Positions 8,355-17,782 of a stretch of DNA of 64,000 nt are shown here, in pieces. Where the stretch lies: positions 10,874-74,873 of the forward strand of contig JBMFTY010000002.1 in NCBI GenBank assembly GCA_049966795.1, read 5' to 3'. The position numbers were made by a program, and so were the translations under genes. The notes under the pieces are model-generated. The model had not been told where the DNA came from, ran no database searches, and saw only the letters and a program-made list of their open reading frames with translations. This DNA comes from Thermoplasmata archaeon (GTDB taxonomy: Archaea > Thermoplasmatota > Thermoplasmata > Thermoplasmatales > GCA-001856825). Position 1 is the stretch's first letter; the number at the start of each line of letters is the position of its first letter.

Positions 8355-9529
8355 TCCTTAGCACCTCCCTTCTTGAATGGGATGGATTTGTCCCTTACGA
8401 TCACCTTCTCTCCCTTGCCCGTTATGAATTCAGGCATCTTCCTAATGTTCTTCTTTTTGCTCTCCACCCACTCCACATACGCCTTTGGGTCCTTCTTGTA
8501 CATTTCGTATGCCGAATCATTGTTGTCAAAATTCATCTCATCCACCATGACGATGCAGTCATCAACTGGACATACCTCAGCGCATCTTCCGCATCCCGTG
8601 CAGTACTCGTAATTAGGATCGTAGTATCCTTCCTTGGTTACGTCGAACACCTCATCAGGACAGTCGTACCAGCATAGCGTACATTTGGTGCACAGGTCAA
8701 ATCTCACAAGTGGTCTCTGAGATTTGCTCGTTCCCCTCTTGAACACAGGATTCCTGTTCAGGCCCCTAGGTCCGATCTTGAACTCCTGTGACGGAGGTAC
8801 TACCTTCAGTCCCTCGCTGAACTCATTCCACTTTGGAAGCTCGGGTTTCTTGTAAGGCCAATCCCTTCCCTCTCCAGGCTTCACGTTGTATATGACAACT
8901 TCATCATACGCCTTCAATGCAGCTTCAGCCTTCTGGTCGCTCTTGTATTTCTCCTTCACATAGGAAACAACGGCATCAATGCTTATCATCTTCGGATCAA
9001 CCCTTGCTATGGCACCGAGGACTCTCACATCCGTCATATCGTCCTTATAGTACCACAGTCCGGAGAAGCTCGCATCTCCTGGAAGCACTGCCAGTTTGTA
9101 CCCGAATGGTTTCTTCTCCAGCTCCTTCACGAGCTCCTGTGGCGTCCTTCTGGATACGAAGAGGATCACTCCGTTTGGCATGACCTTCTCGTTTATCGGC
9201 ATTATTCCGTAGTAGCCCCAGGGCTCCACCCCCTTTGCCAAAGTATCGTCTAGCACAACGACGACGTCCGCCTCATCTATATCCATCTTGGCAGCTGCAG
9301 AAGCCTCCAGATCCTCCTCGCTTATGTTCTCGCCGATGAATGCAAATCTTGCCGCCGGAATTCCGTTTCTCTCCGGATCGTCGCTGTATCTTCCGTTGAA
9401 GAGCGCCGTCTTTCCCTGACGGTGAGCTATGTAAACGACATCAGTCGATATCCGCTTTCCAAGTGTTTTCTGGAAGATGCCTCGATAGTTCACCACGAAC
9501 CTCTTAATGTTATTTTCCGAAGCGATCAT
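8351..9529 (-). CDS. 2-oxoacid:ferredoxin oxidoreductase, divergent gamma-like domain fused to the delta (2x[4Fe-4S]) domain
   Basis: Contains CTKCTLCWYDCP and CTGCGRCAEVCP ferredoxin motifs. The N-terminal half follows the PorG pattern (ERNGIPAARFAFIGENI, ADVVVVLDDTL, VLGAIARV). I chose the start at ATG 9529 (MIASENN), which is preceded by GAGGTGA. The track ORF starts at 9571. Confidence 0.65.
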   Translation of the reverse strand: MIASENNIKRFVVNYRGIFQKTLGKRISTDVVYIAHRQGKTALFNGRYSDDPERNGIPAARFAFIGENISEEDLEASAAAKMDIDEADVVVVLDDTLAKGVEPWGYYGIMPINEKVMPNGVILFVSRRTPQELVKELEKKPFGYKLAVLPGDASFSGLWYYKDDMTDVRVLGAIARVDPKMISIDAVVSYVKEKYKSDQKAEAALKAYDEVVIYNVKPGEGRDWPYKKPELPKWNEFSEGLKVVPPSQEFKIGPRGLNRNPVFKRGTSKSQRPLVRFDLCTKCTLCWYDCPDEVFDVTKEGYYDPNYEYCTGCGRCAEVCPVDDCIVMVDEMNFDNNDSAYEMYKKDPKAYVEWVESKKKNIRKMPEFITGKGEKVIVRDKSIPFKKGGAKE

Positions 9530-9692
9530 TTCAATCACCTCTATAACGATGGTAATGTAATAAACTTTCATTTGAACGAGTTCAATCCGTCTTTTACCTT
9601 TCCCATCGGCACATTCTCAAGGAGAGAACGGCCCCATGATTGCTAATACCCCCCTGAGGAGACAGAAAAATTGAAATAGGGGTAAAACAAAC

Positions 9693-11783
9693 TCAGTTTC
9701 CTCGTTTCTGCATGTTTTCCCCTATGTCTCTGGCGAAGTGGCATCTTGAAGCATGTGAGGGAGATAGGGAAATCAAGGGCGGATCTTCTGTTCTGCATAT
9801 TTCCCTGGCGAATTTGCATCTGGGAGAAAAGCTGCAGCCCCTGACATTCTCAACATCCTCAGTGTTAAATATTCTTTCGCCCAGCACCTCAGATACCCTC
9901 CCCTCGATGCCTATGCTGGCAAGAATCAGTGCCATGGTGTAAGGATGACTGCTTTCATTGATCACCTCGTCCCTCAGTCCGCTCTCAACTATTTTTCCCT
10001 TGTACATCACGTATATTCTATCGCCGATGTACCTGGCGGAACCAATGTCGTGAGTGATGTACAGGATGGAAATCCCCAGCTGGTCCCTCAGTTTCTTCAG
10101 AAGATTCAGTATCCCAGCCCTGAGGGAAACATCAAGCATAGATATCGGCTCGTCTGCTATGAGGACCCTTGGCTCCATGATGAGGGCCCTTGCGATGGAA
10201 ACGCGCTGCCTTTGACCTCCGCTTAGCTGGTGAGGGTATTTCTCCATGTACTCGCTGGCGGGAGTAAGTTCAGCCTCCTCCAGGGCCTTTACCACAAGCC
10301 TCTCCCTCTCCTCCTCCACTAGGTCCTTCCTGTTGATGATAAGTGGCTCCGCAACCACGTCATACACAGAGAATCTGGAATTTATGCTTTGAAACGGATC
10401 TTGGAATATCGTCTGTATGCTCTTCCTTAGCACCCTGATTTTCCTCTTATCTTTAAGGTCGGCACTCTCGCCCATTATTGTTATCGTACCATATGTTGGA
10501 TTTTCTAGAAGGCCTATCATCCTGCTGAGCGTTGTCTTCCCGCTTCCTGTTTCGCCAACGAGTGCAACTATCTCACCTTTTTTAACCTCGAGATTCGCTT
10601 TATTAACCGCGACTATGAGGTTTGACCCCCTGTGCGTTATTTCCCTGATTCCGCTCTGCTTCTGGAATATCTTTGTCAGATCGCTTGTTCTCACAACAAC
10701 TTCGTCACCAACCGGGGGCCTTTTCTGGAGGAGAACACCCGTGGCTTGGGTGTGTTCAACCCCATCAAGAGGATGTAAGCAGGCAACTTCATGCCCTTCG
10801 CTTATCTCCTTGAGTTCGCTTGCTTGAGGCTCCCTGCATTCTTCCGTGCTCCTGTCGCACCTTTCAAGGAATGGGCATCCCTTTATCACCTCTGTAAGCA
10901 TAGGAGGGGCGCCTCTGATTGAAGTTATCTCTAATAATTCTGAGTCAAGCCTTGGTATCGAGTTTGCAAGAAGACGGGTGTAGGGATGTCTTCCACGGGA
11001 TATGCTTCTGCTGGGTATCCTTTCCACTATCTTGCCCGCGTACATCACTGCAACTCTATCCGAAAGCCTTGAAACCAAGGATATATCGTGAGAGATGTTA
11101 ATCAAAGAAATGCCGAACGACTCCCTTAGTTTCAGCAGCTCCTCTATGATCTTATACTGTGTGATCACGTCAAGGGATGTGGTAGGTTCATCCGCAATTA
11201 TTAGCGAAGGCCTGAGCGAAAGTGCCATTGCTATGACAACCCTCTGTTTCATTCCTCCGCTTAGCTGATGTGGGTATACATCGTAAACCCATTCGTCCAG
11301 TCCCATCGCCTTGAGAAGCTCAACGGACCTTTTCTTAGACTCCTGTGGGGAGAGGTTCTCCTTATAGATGAAGATGTCAGATAGTTGCGTTCCCACAGTG
11401 TGAAGGGGGTTCAGAGAATCAAGCGCACCCTGAAACACAACAGATATGCCTTTCCAGCGAACCAACTTCAGCTGATTCTCTATCTTCTTCTCTTTGGCAT
11501 TGTACCTTATTGAGAAGGATACTCCTCTCTCCTTATCCGCTATGACCTGCTCCTTGAATACGATCCTGCCTGAGGTAACCTTGGCATTCTGGGGGAGGAT
11601 GTGTGCGATAGCCATAGCGAGGGTTGATTTGCCGCATCCGCTCTCTCCAACTATCCCTATGGATTCATTCTCTCCCAAGGATAAGGATACGTGAGAGAGG
11701 GCGTATACCCTCCTGTGCCCCAGAGTGTACTCTATCGAAAGGTCTTCCACTGAAAGAACACTCTTCATTGAACTCATATTCAA
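9693..11783 (-). CDS. oligo/dipeptide ABC transporter ATPase, fused OppD-OppF (two ABC domains)
   Basis: Two Walker A sites (GESGCGKST, GETGSGKTT), two LSGG signatures (LSGGMKQR, LSGGQRQR) and two Walker B sites (LIIADEPT, VLIADEPI). Each half ends with the Opp-type Cys-rich tail. Confidence 0.85.
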   Translation of the reverse strand: MNMSSMKSVLSVEDLSIEYTLGHRRVYALSHVSLSLGENESIGIVGESGCGKSTLAMAIAHILPQNAKVTSGRIVFKEQVIADKERGVSFSIRYNAKEKKIENQLKLVRWKGISVVFQGALDSLNPLHTVGTQLSDIFIYKENLSPQESKKRSVELLKAMGLDEWVYDVYPHQLSGGMKQRVVIAMALSLRPSLIIADEPTTSLDVITQYKIIEELLKLRESFGISLINISHDISLVSRLSDRVAVMYAGKIVERIPSRSISRGRHPYTRLLANSIPRLDSELLEITSIRGAPPMLTEVIKGCPFLERCDRSTEECREPQASELKEISEGHEVACLHPLDGVEHTQATGVLLQKRPPVGDEVVVRTSDLTKIFQKQSGIREITHRGSNLIVAVNKANLEVKKGEIVALVGETGSGKTTLSRMIGLLENPTYGTITIMGESADLKDKRKIRVLRKSIQTIFQDPFQSINSRFSVYDVVAEPLIINRKDLVEEERERLVVKALEEAELTPASEYMEKYPHQLSGGQRQRVSIARALIMEPRVLIADEPISMLDVSLRAGILNLLKKLRDQLGISILYITHDIGSARYIGDRIYVMYKGKIVESGLRDEVINESSHPYTMALILASIGIEGRVSEVLGERIFNTEDVENVRGCSFSPRCKFAREICRTEDPPLISLSPSHASRCHFARDIGENMQKRGN

Positions 11784-12670
11784 GACCTCAAGGTAACGTC
11801 AGTGACCTCTCTAAGAGCGTCACCCATCATATTGAATGCAATTACTATTACTGCTATGAAAATTCCAGGGAAAATTGAAATCCACCACTGCCCCGAGACC
11901 ACGAACTGCAGACCTTCAGTTATCATTGCACCAAGCTCCGGCGTAGGGGGCTGTATTCCTACCCCTAGGAAGCTAAGGGATGCAGCAACAGAAATCGCAT
12001 TACCAAGATTGAGAGCGTAGAGTATTATGGTGGGTGTTATTGCAGGAGGAAGGATGTGTCTACGAAGAATGTGCGTGGTTGAAGCACCCTGAGATATCGA
12101 TGCAAGAACATAAAGATCATTCTTGGTTGAAAGCACTGTGCTCCTTGAAACTCTTGCAAATCCAGGTATCGAAACCACGCTTACTGCAACGACTACCGGC
12201 CAGAAGCCATACCCAGTGGCCACAGAAATCGCAATGGCAAGAATTATTGTCGGGAATGCAAGAATTATGTCCATTATCCTCATGACAGTATTATCGGTTA
12301 TTCTGCCCATGTAGCCGGCTACTATGCCCGACAGAACCCCGATCGCATAGCCTATTGTAACGGAGAGGAAGGCTATCTCAAGATCAAGTCTTATTGCGTA
12401 TAGTATCCTGGAGAAGACATCTCTTCCAAATTCGTCAGTTCCCATGATGTGCTGCGGCGAGGGAGGAAGAAGGCGTTGGGTAAGGTTGAGCTGATCCGGG
12501 TTGTAAGGCGCAAATTTCGGGCCTATCAGGGCTATGATCACATACGCGACCAGAATTGCCGTTGCCACTGAGCCTGTTGGATTCGTGATGAAAAGTCGTA
12601 AAGTCTCAAGGACTCTCCTTGCCCTTCTGCTTCCTTGTACTCTTGCGATCCTACCGGAGATATATGACAT
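11780..12670 (-). CDS. oligo/dipeptide ABC transporter permease (OppC/DppC type)
   Basis: 296 aa and multi-TM, with the N-terminal GTDEFGRDVFSRILYA motif typical of DppC/OppC. 4-nt overlap with the ATPase gene. Confidence 0.85.
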   Translation of the reverse strand: MSYISGRIARVQGSRRARRVLETLRLFITNPTGSVATAILVAYVIIALIGPKFAPYNPDQLNLTQRLLPPSPQHIMGTDEFGRDVFSRILYAIRLDLEIAFLSVTIGYAIGVLSGIVAGYMGRITDNTVMRIMDIILAFPTIILAIAISVATGYGFWPVVVAVSVVSIPGFARVSRSTVLSTKNDLYVLASISQGASTTHILRRHILPPAITPTIILYALNLGNAISVAASLSFLGVGIQPPTPELGAMITEGLQFVVSGQWWISIFPGIFIAVIVIAFNMMGDALREVTDVTLRS

Positions 12671-12681
12671 TTTTTCACACC

Positions 12682-13698
12682 TCAGTATCTGACCCTTGGA
12701 TCTACGTATCCGTACAGTATGTCCGCCACAAAATTCACAAGAACATACAGCAGTCCGGAAACGAGAACAACTCCCATCACACTCGGATAATCCAGCTCCT
12801 CAATAGCATTTACAGCATACAGACCAAGCCCCGGCCACGAGAAAACGGATTCAGTTAAAACAACTCCCCCCATCAACCCGCCAGTGAGTATCGCGGCAAC
12901 GGTTATCGTTGGCAGGAGGGCGTTTTTCAGTGCATATTTATTGATCAGTATCCTCCTTGGGAATCCTATGGCGAAGGCAGTTCTCATATAATCCTTGTTC
13001 ACCACGTCAAGCATGCTGGACCTTACCACCCGAGAGAGGGTTGCAATTATGGCAAGGGAGAGACTCACAGCGGGAAGGACTATATGCCACAGGCTGTTCA
13101 TGAAGTCAGGAAAATTCCCCGAGATGAGACTGTCCAGTATCATCATTCCCGTTATTCTGACTGGCGGGGTCATGGTTGGTGACAGTTGACCGAGCGGTGC
13201 GGGGGCGATGTGAAGATAGGAAAAGAATACTAGGATGAACACTATCTCAATCCAGAATACGGGTAGGGATATGCCAAGTAGAGAACCCACCCTTGTGACA
13301 TGGTCAGCGTAAGTGTTTGATCTAAGTGCGGCATAGATTCCAAGGAGGATGCCCAGTGGGAGACCTATTATCATCGTTGCTACCGCTAACTCAAAGCTCA
13401 CGGGGAACCTGCTTCCGATTTCGTAGGCTACCGGATGACCGAGAAGATAGGAGTAACCAAGATTGAGGTGGGCAAGCTGAGCAATGTATATGTAAAACTG
13501 AACGTAAAGAGGCTTATTGAGACCTAGTTCGTTCTCCAGTACTTTGAGTTCGGCCCCGTTCACTTCTGGGCCTATGAGTATTAGAGCAGGATTACCCGGT
13601 ATTATGTGGGAAAGTATGAACGTTATGACTAGGACTCCGAAAACAGTTGGAATTAAAGAAATTGTTCTAAAAATAAAAAAACGAGAGAAATTTTTCAT
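12682..13698 (-). CDS. oligo/dipeptide ABC transporter permease (OppB/DppB type)
   Basis: 338 aa. Typical start FIFRTISLIPTVFGVLVITFILSHIIPGNP and the EAA-like loop VVNKDYMRTAFAIGFPRRILINKYALKNAL. Confidence 0.85.
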   Translation of the reverse strand: MKNFSRFFIFRTISLIPTVFGVLVITFILSHIIPGNPALILIGPEVNGAELKVLENELGLNKPLYVQFYIYIAQLAHLNLGYSYLLGHPVAYEIGSRFPVSFELAVATMIIGLPLGILLGIYAALRSNTYADHVTRVGSLLGISLPVFWIEIVFILVFFSYLHIAPAPLGQLSPTMTPPVRITGMMILDSLISGNFPDFMNSLWHIVLPAVSLSLAIIATLSRVVRSSMLDVVNKDYMRTAFAIGFPRRILINKYALKNALLPTITVAAILTGGLMGGVVLTESVFSWPGLGLYAVNAIEELDYPSVMGVVLVSGLLYVLVNFVADILYGYVDPRVRY

Positions 13699-13702
13699 GC
13701 CT

Positions 13703-15307
13703 TCACGTCATTGACGCCTGGTACACGAATATGTCAAACGTCGGATAGATGTAGAGGTTGTGCACGTTTGATGTTACAGGTATCACGTTCTCAAGGTTGA
13801 AGAGTGGGATCTCCACTGCCTGCTCCGCGAGTATGTTCTGTACCTGCTCATACAGTGCATCCCTCTGGGTCTGATTGTACATCTTTCCTGCCTCGACGAG
13901 GTCCTTGCTCACGGTAGCGTTATTGAAATAGTTGTAGTTTCCGTATATTCCGATATTTGCAGCATTGAAGAGAGGCCTCATTCCGTCGTCAGGTGTTGCG
14001 AGAAGATTCACCCACGCCTCAAAGAACATAGGCCACTGCCCTTTCCCTACTTCCTGATCAAACGTTGAAGACTCAACTGCCTGAAGATTAAGCGTAATGT
14101 TAACCTTGGCAAGTTCCTGCTGGAGTATAGTGGCTATGGCAGAACCTACCGGGTCCCCTGCCGTGTAGTAGAAGGAGGTGGTGAACCCATTCGGGTACCC
14201 TGCTAGATCCAGGTAATGTCTGGCTAGGGTCAGGTTGTAAGTGTAATTCTGGAACGCAGGTATATACGATTCAATGGTCGGGGCAATCACGCTGTGAATG
14301 ACTATTCCATATCCAAACGTTGAATATTCCGTTAGTTGAGTTGTGTTAACAGCATATTCTATCGCTTTCCGCACGTCAACATTGTTGAACGGGGTAACGT
14401 TCTCATCCAGTCCTATATAGTATTCGGATGAGGTCGGTCCGGATTCGATTTTCACAGAAGAATAGTTCTTGAGCGTCGGCATTTGGTCAAGTGGAATGTT
14501 GAGGGCAACATTTATGGCACCGCTTTCCAGAAGCGTCTCCTGCGTTGCTGGACTGGCCACGATTTCATAGTCTATCTGGGTGATGTTAGGCTTTGGACCC
14601 CAGTAATCGGGGTTTGCCACCATCACTATTTCTGACGTTGAGTATGAACTGAGCTCATAGGGGCCAGTTCCCATGGCGTGATCTGACATCCATTGGTTTA
14701 CCTGATCTTTCACAACGCCGCCGTGAGCATTTACATAGTTTGGATCGACGATGGCCGTTACCCACAGCTGGAAGAGGTTTAGAAACCACGGGTACGGCGC
14801 AGAAGGAACGAGAAGGATCTGATACTGGTTCAGGACATGGATCCCGCTGTCATTCAGGAACTGTGCAACGTGGAACGAGGCCCCCTGGCTCATCGTGATA
14901 ACCCTCTCAAGTGAGAATTTCACGTCGGATGCGTTGAAAGGATCACCATTTGCAAAGGTCACGTTGTGCCTCAGGTTGAAGAGAACTGATCCGTTAGGAT
15001 TGACTACCCAGCTTGTCGCAAGTTCAGGTACGGGTGTCAAAGATCCATAAGTCACGCCATTAACAGTCTTTGTTCCGTATCCCAGAAGGGTTTGGTATAT
15101 CTGGTCGTCAAAGAACACAGAGTACGTATCGAAGGCTACTGCAGGATCTATTGAAGCAGGTGTCTGTGAACTGGCTATTATCAGCGTGTGTTCAACCGGT
15201 TTTGCTGTGCTAGGCTTGTGGGTATAATATAAACCCACTTCTACTCCCGCGACAATTATGATGATCACCACAATTGCCACGACCACGGCTAAAATTCTTT
15301 TGTTCAC
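13703..15307 (-). CDS. ABC transporter substrate-binding protein, family 5 (peptide/nickel)
   Basis: 534 aa with a GTG start and an N-terminal membrane anchor (ILAVVVAIVVIIIIVAGV). SBP_bac_5-like length and pattern. First gene of the opp operon. Confidence 0.8.
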   Translation of the reverse strand: MNKRILAVVVAIVVIIIIVAGVEVGLYYTHKPSTAKPVEHTLIIASSQTPASIDPAVAFDTYSVFFDDQIYQTLLGYGTKTVNGVTYGSLTPVPELATSWVVNPNGSVLFNLRHNVTFANGDPFNASDVKFSLERVITMSQGASFHVAQFLNDSGIHVLNQYQILLVPSAPYPWFLNLFQLWVTAIVDPNYVNAHGGVVKDQVNQWMSDHAMGTGPYELSSYSTSEIVMVANPDYWGPKPNITQIDYEIVASPATQETLLESGAINVALNIPLDQMPTLKNYSSVKIESGPTSSEYYIGLDENVTPFNNVDVRKAIEYAVNTTQLTEYSTFGYGIVIHSVIAPTIESYIPAFQNYTYNLTLARHYLDLAGYPNGFTTSFYYTAGDPVGSAIATILQQELAKVNITLNLQAVESSTFDQEVGKGQWPMFFEAWVNLLATPDDGMRPLFNAANIGIYGNYNYFNNATVSKDLVEAGKMYNQTQRDALYEQVQNILAEQAVEIPLFNLENVIPVTSNVHNLYIYPTFDIFVYQASMT

Positions 15308-15342
15308 GCAGGGAGACTTTCCATCGAAGCTTAAACATTCTG

Positions 15343-15360
15343 TTGAACATATTCCAAGAA
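15343..15360. promoter_or_regulatory. 18-mer TTGAACATATTCCAAGAA, copy 1, just upstream of the putative opp TATA box
   Basis: Identical to 17721-17738. It lies 36-53 nt upstream of the opp GTG (15307) and adjoins a TTTAAG TATA-like box (15330-15335 on the minus strand). Confidence 0.45.
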
Positions 15361-15672
15361 TCTTTAAGAATGCTTATATTAAAGCATTTTTGGACAATTC
15401 TTGTCATAGCTGTGGAAAATAGGGGACATTAGATAAAAAGCTCTTTGGAATGCTTAGAGGACAACGAGAATGAGTCTGATAATGACATTCCATTTGCAGA
15501 GACCATGAAGGTTTGTCAAATTCGTCGGACCAAGCCTCTAGTACGCTCAGGAAGAGGATCACATAGACGGGAGGATATGGGAAGTCTCTTTGTGATGCGT
15601 TGCAAAAGTAATTTCTTCCCTACGAGCCTTAGGTTTGTGATGTCCGTAACTAATGCGTGCAGATGAGTGCAG

Positions 15673-15679
15673 AAAAAAA
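15673..15679 (-). terminator. T7 tract downstream of ggt
   Basis: An A7 run on the plus strand, which is T7 on the minus strand, about 25-35 nt after the ggt stop (15705-15707). Confidence 0.5.
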
Positions 15680-15704
15680 GAATGAGGCTTTACTCGTAGT
15701 ATGA

Positions 15705-17276
15705 CTAAAAAGGGGAGGCCGGTATGGCCACCCCATCACCTCTGGGATCAGCCGCTCCGGCAACAACTCCATTTGGAAGAAGAGTAACTATCTGTGCATG
15801 TCCGAATTCCGATGAAAAGCCCTGATTCAAGCACTGCAATTGTTTCATTTTTCCAGAAAGGGAGTTCCGCAGGTCTTCAGATTCACATATTATTCTCGAA
15901 GGCTTATCGTATATGGTATACGGGAAAGCCCATCTGGGGCGGTCAAGAACAGATTGGGGGTCTTCTAACCTGTCAACGAGACTCATAAGCATCTGGATGT
16001 GAATCTGCGGCTGTATATCGCCTCCCATTGTGCCGAAGGATGCCTCGAATCTTCCATCCTTTTCAAGAATTGCAGCGCATAATGTATGAAAGGTTCTCTT
16101 ATTGGGAGAGATGGAGTTGTGATGTCCTTCCTTCAGCGTGAAGTAGCTTCCCCTATTCTGAAGCACAAACCCCATTCCCCTGGGCATTATACCGGAACCG
16201 AAGCCCATGTAGTTGCTCTGGATCATTGAAACGCTATTTCCCTCACGGTCCGCAACGGCGAAGTATGTAGTATCCCCGCCCCCTGTTCCTGTTCGCGATG
16301 CAGAAAAATCTAGCTCCCTTGTCAGCAATTTCCTCGCGAAATTCTTCGTTGTGAAATCAGATGGAAGTGGATGGAAAAGGGGATCGGTTATATGCGCGTC
16401 CCTCTCCCCATACGCAAGAATTCCTAACTTTATCATTTCGCTGTCATCGGGCATCCTTCCCTTCTCCTGGAAAAACTCCTCGATCATGTTAGCCCAGAGT
16501 ATGGCTGTAGCTCCCTGGCTGTTCGGGGCGGTCTCGTAAAAAGTGTGCCCGAAAAATTGCGTGCTTAAGGGTTTTTCGAGGGTTGCGTTGTGTTTCCTCA
16601 AATCTTCCAGGTAGATTGGAACGTCTAGACCTTCAAGTCCCGCCAATATCTTATCGGCCACATATCCGCGATAGAAGGAATCCAGCCCTTCCTCCATGAG
16701 CAGCCTGAGCGTGTTAGCGAGAGCAGGTTGCCTGAATACGGAGCCCGGGGAAGGCGGTTTCGAATCTCGGTAAAATGTGTTCCTCCACTCCTCGAACCCT
16801 GCCAAATATTTCGCGCTGATCTCTACGGATTCCGAGTAGTTATGCGTGACTGGAAAGCCGTCGTTTGCGAGAGTGAAAGCAGGAAGCAGCAGATCCTTCA
16901 ATTCCATGGAGCATCTTTTGTGAATTTCGATCCACCCGCTTACAAGTCCCGGGACGGTGAGTGCACTGTATGGCCCCCTGGGGGGTATGGAATCAAGGCC
17001 CCTCTCCCTGAAGAACTGAATTGAAGCTCCCGAGAAGGCCCTTCCGCTTCCATTAACATCTACAATTGTTCCCCCCTCCGATCTCAGGAGCGCGAACATG
17101 TCTCCGCCTAGACCACAGAGGTTGTTCTGGGTGACGGTCAATACCGCACTGGTTGCAAGGGAGGCATCGAACACATTCCCCCCATTTTCAAGGACCTTTG
17201 CTCCGGCCACAGATGCTAACAGGCTGCTGGATGCAACTACCCCCTTGGTGGAAAACGAATTCGGTCTAGTTCTCAT
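15705..17276 (-). CDS. ggt: gamma-glutamyltranspeptidase
   Basis: 523 aa. The autoprocessing/nucleophile region GGGDTTYFAVADREGNSVSMIQSNY and the C-terminal GAADPRGDG are typical of GGT. Confidence 0.85.
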   Translation of the reverse strand: MRTRPNSFSTKGVVASSSLLASVAGAKVLENGGNVFDASLATSAVLTVTQNNLCGLGGDMFALLRSEGGTIVDVNGSGRAFSGASIQFFRERGLDSIPPRGPYSALTVPGLVSGWIEIHKRCSMELKDLLLPAFTLANDGFPVTHNYSESVEISAKYLAGFEEWRNTFYRDSKPPSPGSVFRQPALANTLRLLMEEGLDSFYRGYVADKILAGLEGLDVPIYLEDLRKHNATLEKPLSTQFFGHTFYETAPNSQGATAILWANMIEEFFQEKGRMPDDSEMIKLGILAYGERDAHITDPLFHPLPSDFTTKNFARKLLTRELDFSASRTGTGGGDTTYFAVADREGNSVSMIQSNYMGFGSGIMPRGMGFVLQNRGSYFTLKEGHHNSISPNKRTFHTLCAAILEKDGRFEASFGTMGGDIQPQIHIQMLMSLVDRLEDPQSVLDRPRWAFPYTIYDKPSRIICESEDLRNSLSGKMKQLQCLNQGFSSEFGHAQIVTLLPNGVVAGAADPRGDGVAIPASPF

Positions 17277-17720
17277 AATACCCGATAGATCATCGTCAAA
17301 ATAAAGTTGGTGTATCGACCTAAAAGATTCGAAGTCAAGGCAAGTTAAAAATCAATTCCGCTCATGCTGAGGCAAAATGAGTGCTATGGCTCTAAAGATG
17401 CCTTAATTCTTATTGCAGCGAAGGCACTCTTTCAACCTGAGCTTTCAATCACGCTCAGGGATCCGTAGCCCTCTCATCGAAACTTTCTAGGGGGAAGCAT
17501 TTACGTGTTTTTTGACTGGTTTTCCCTTCCAAAGGTGTATCCATCGGCATCCATTACCGTCTAACTGCTGATTTAAGGGCAAGAGAGATCAAGCATGCCG
17601 GCATATCTCATTATATTTCTCAAAACCCAACCAAACTGAATGAGGTTTCAAGGCTCAGGAAAATAATTTCTCGAGTTCCAACAAAGGATTCAGATATAAC
17701 TTTTGAAACCTGCTTAATTT

Positions 17721-17738
17721 TTGAACATATTCCAAGAA
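17721..17738. promoter_or_regulatory. 18-mer TTGAACATATTCCAAGAA, copy 2, just upstream of the putative MFS TATA box
   Basis: Identical to 15343-15360. It is followed by ATGTTATTTAATT (TATA-like, 17743-17750) and then the MFS gene. Confidence 0.45.
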
Positions 17739-17782
17739 ATGTTATTTAATTACATCGGGAATTGATCCCCGGAGGATTTTTG

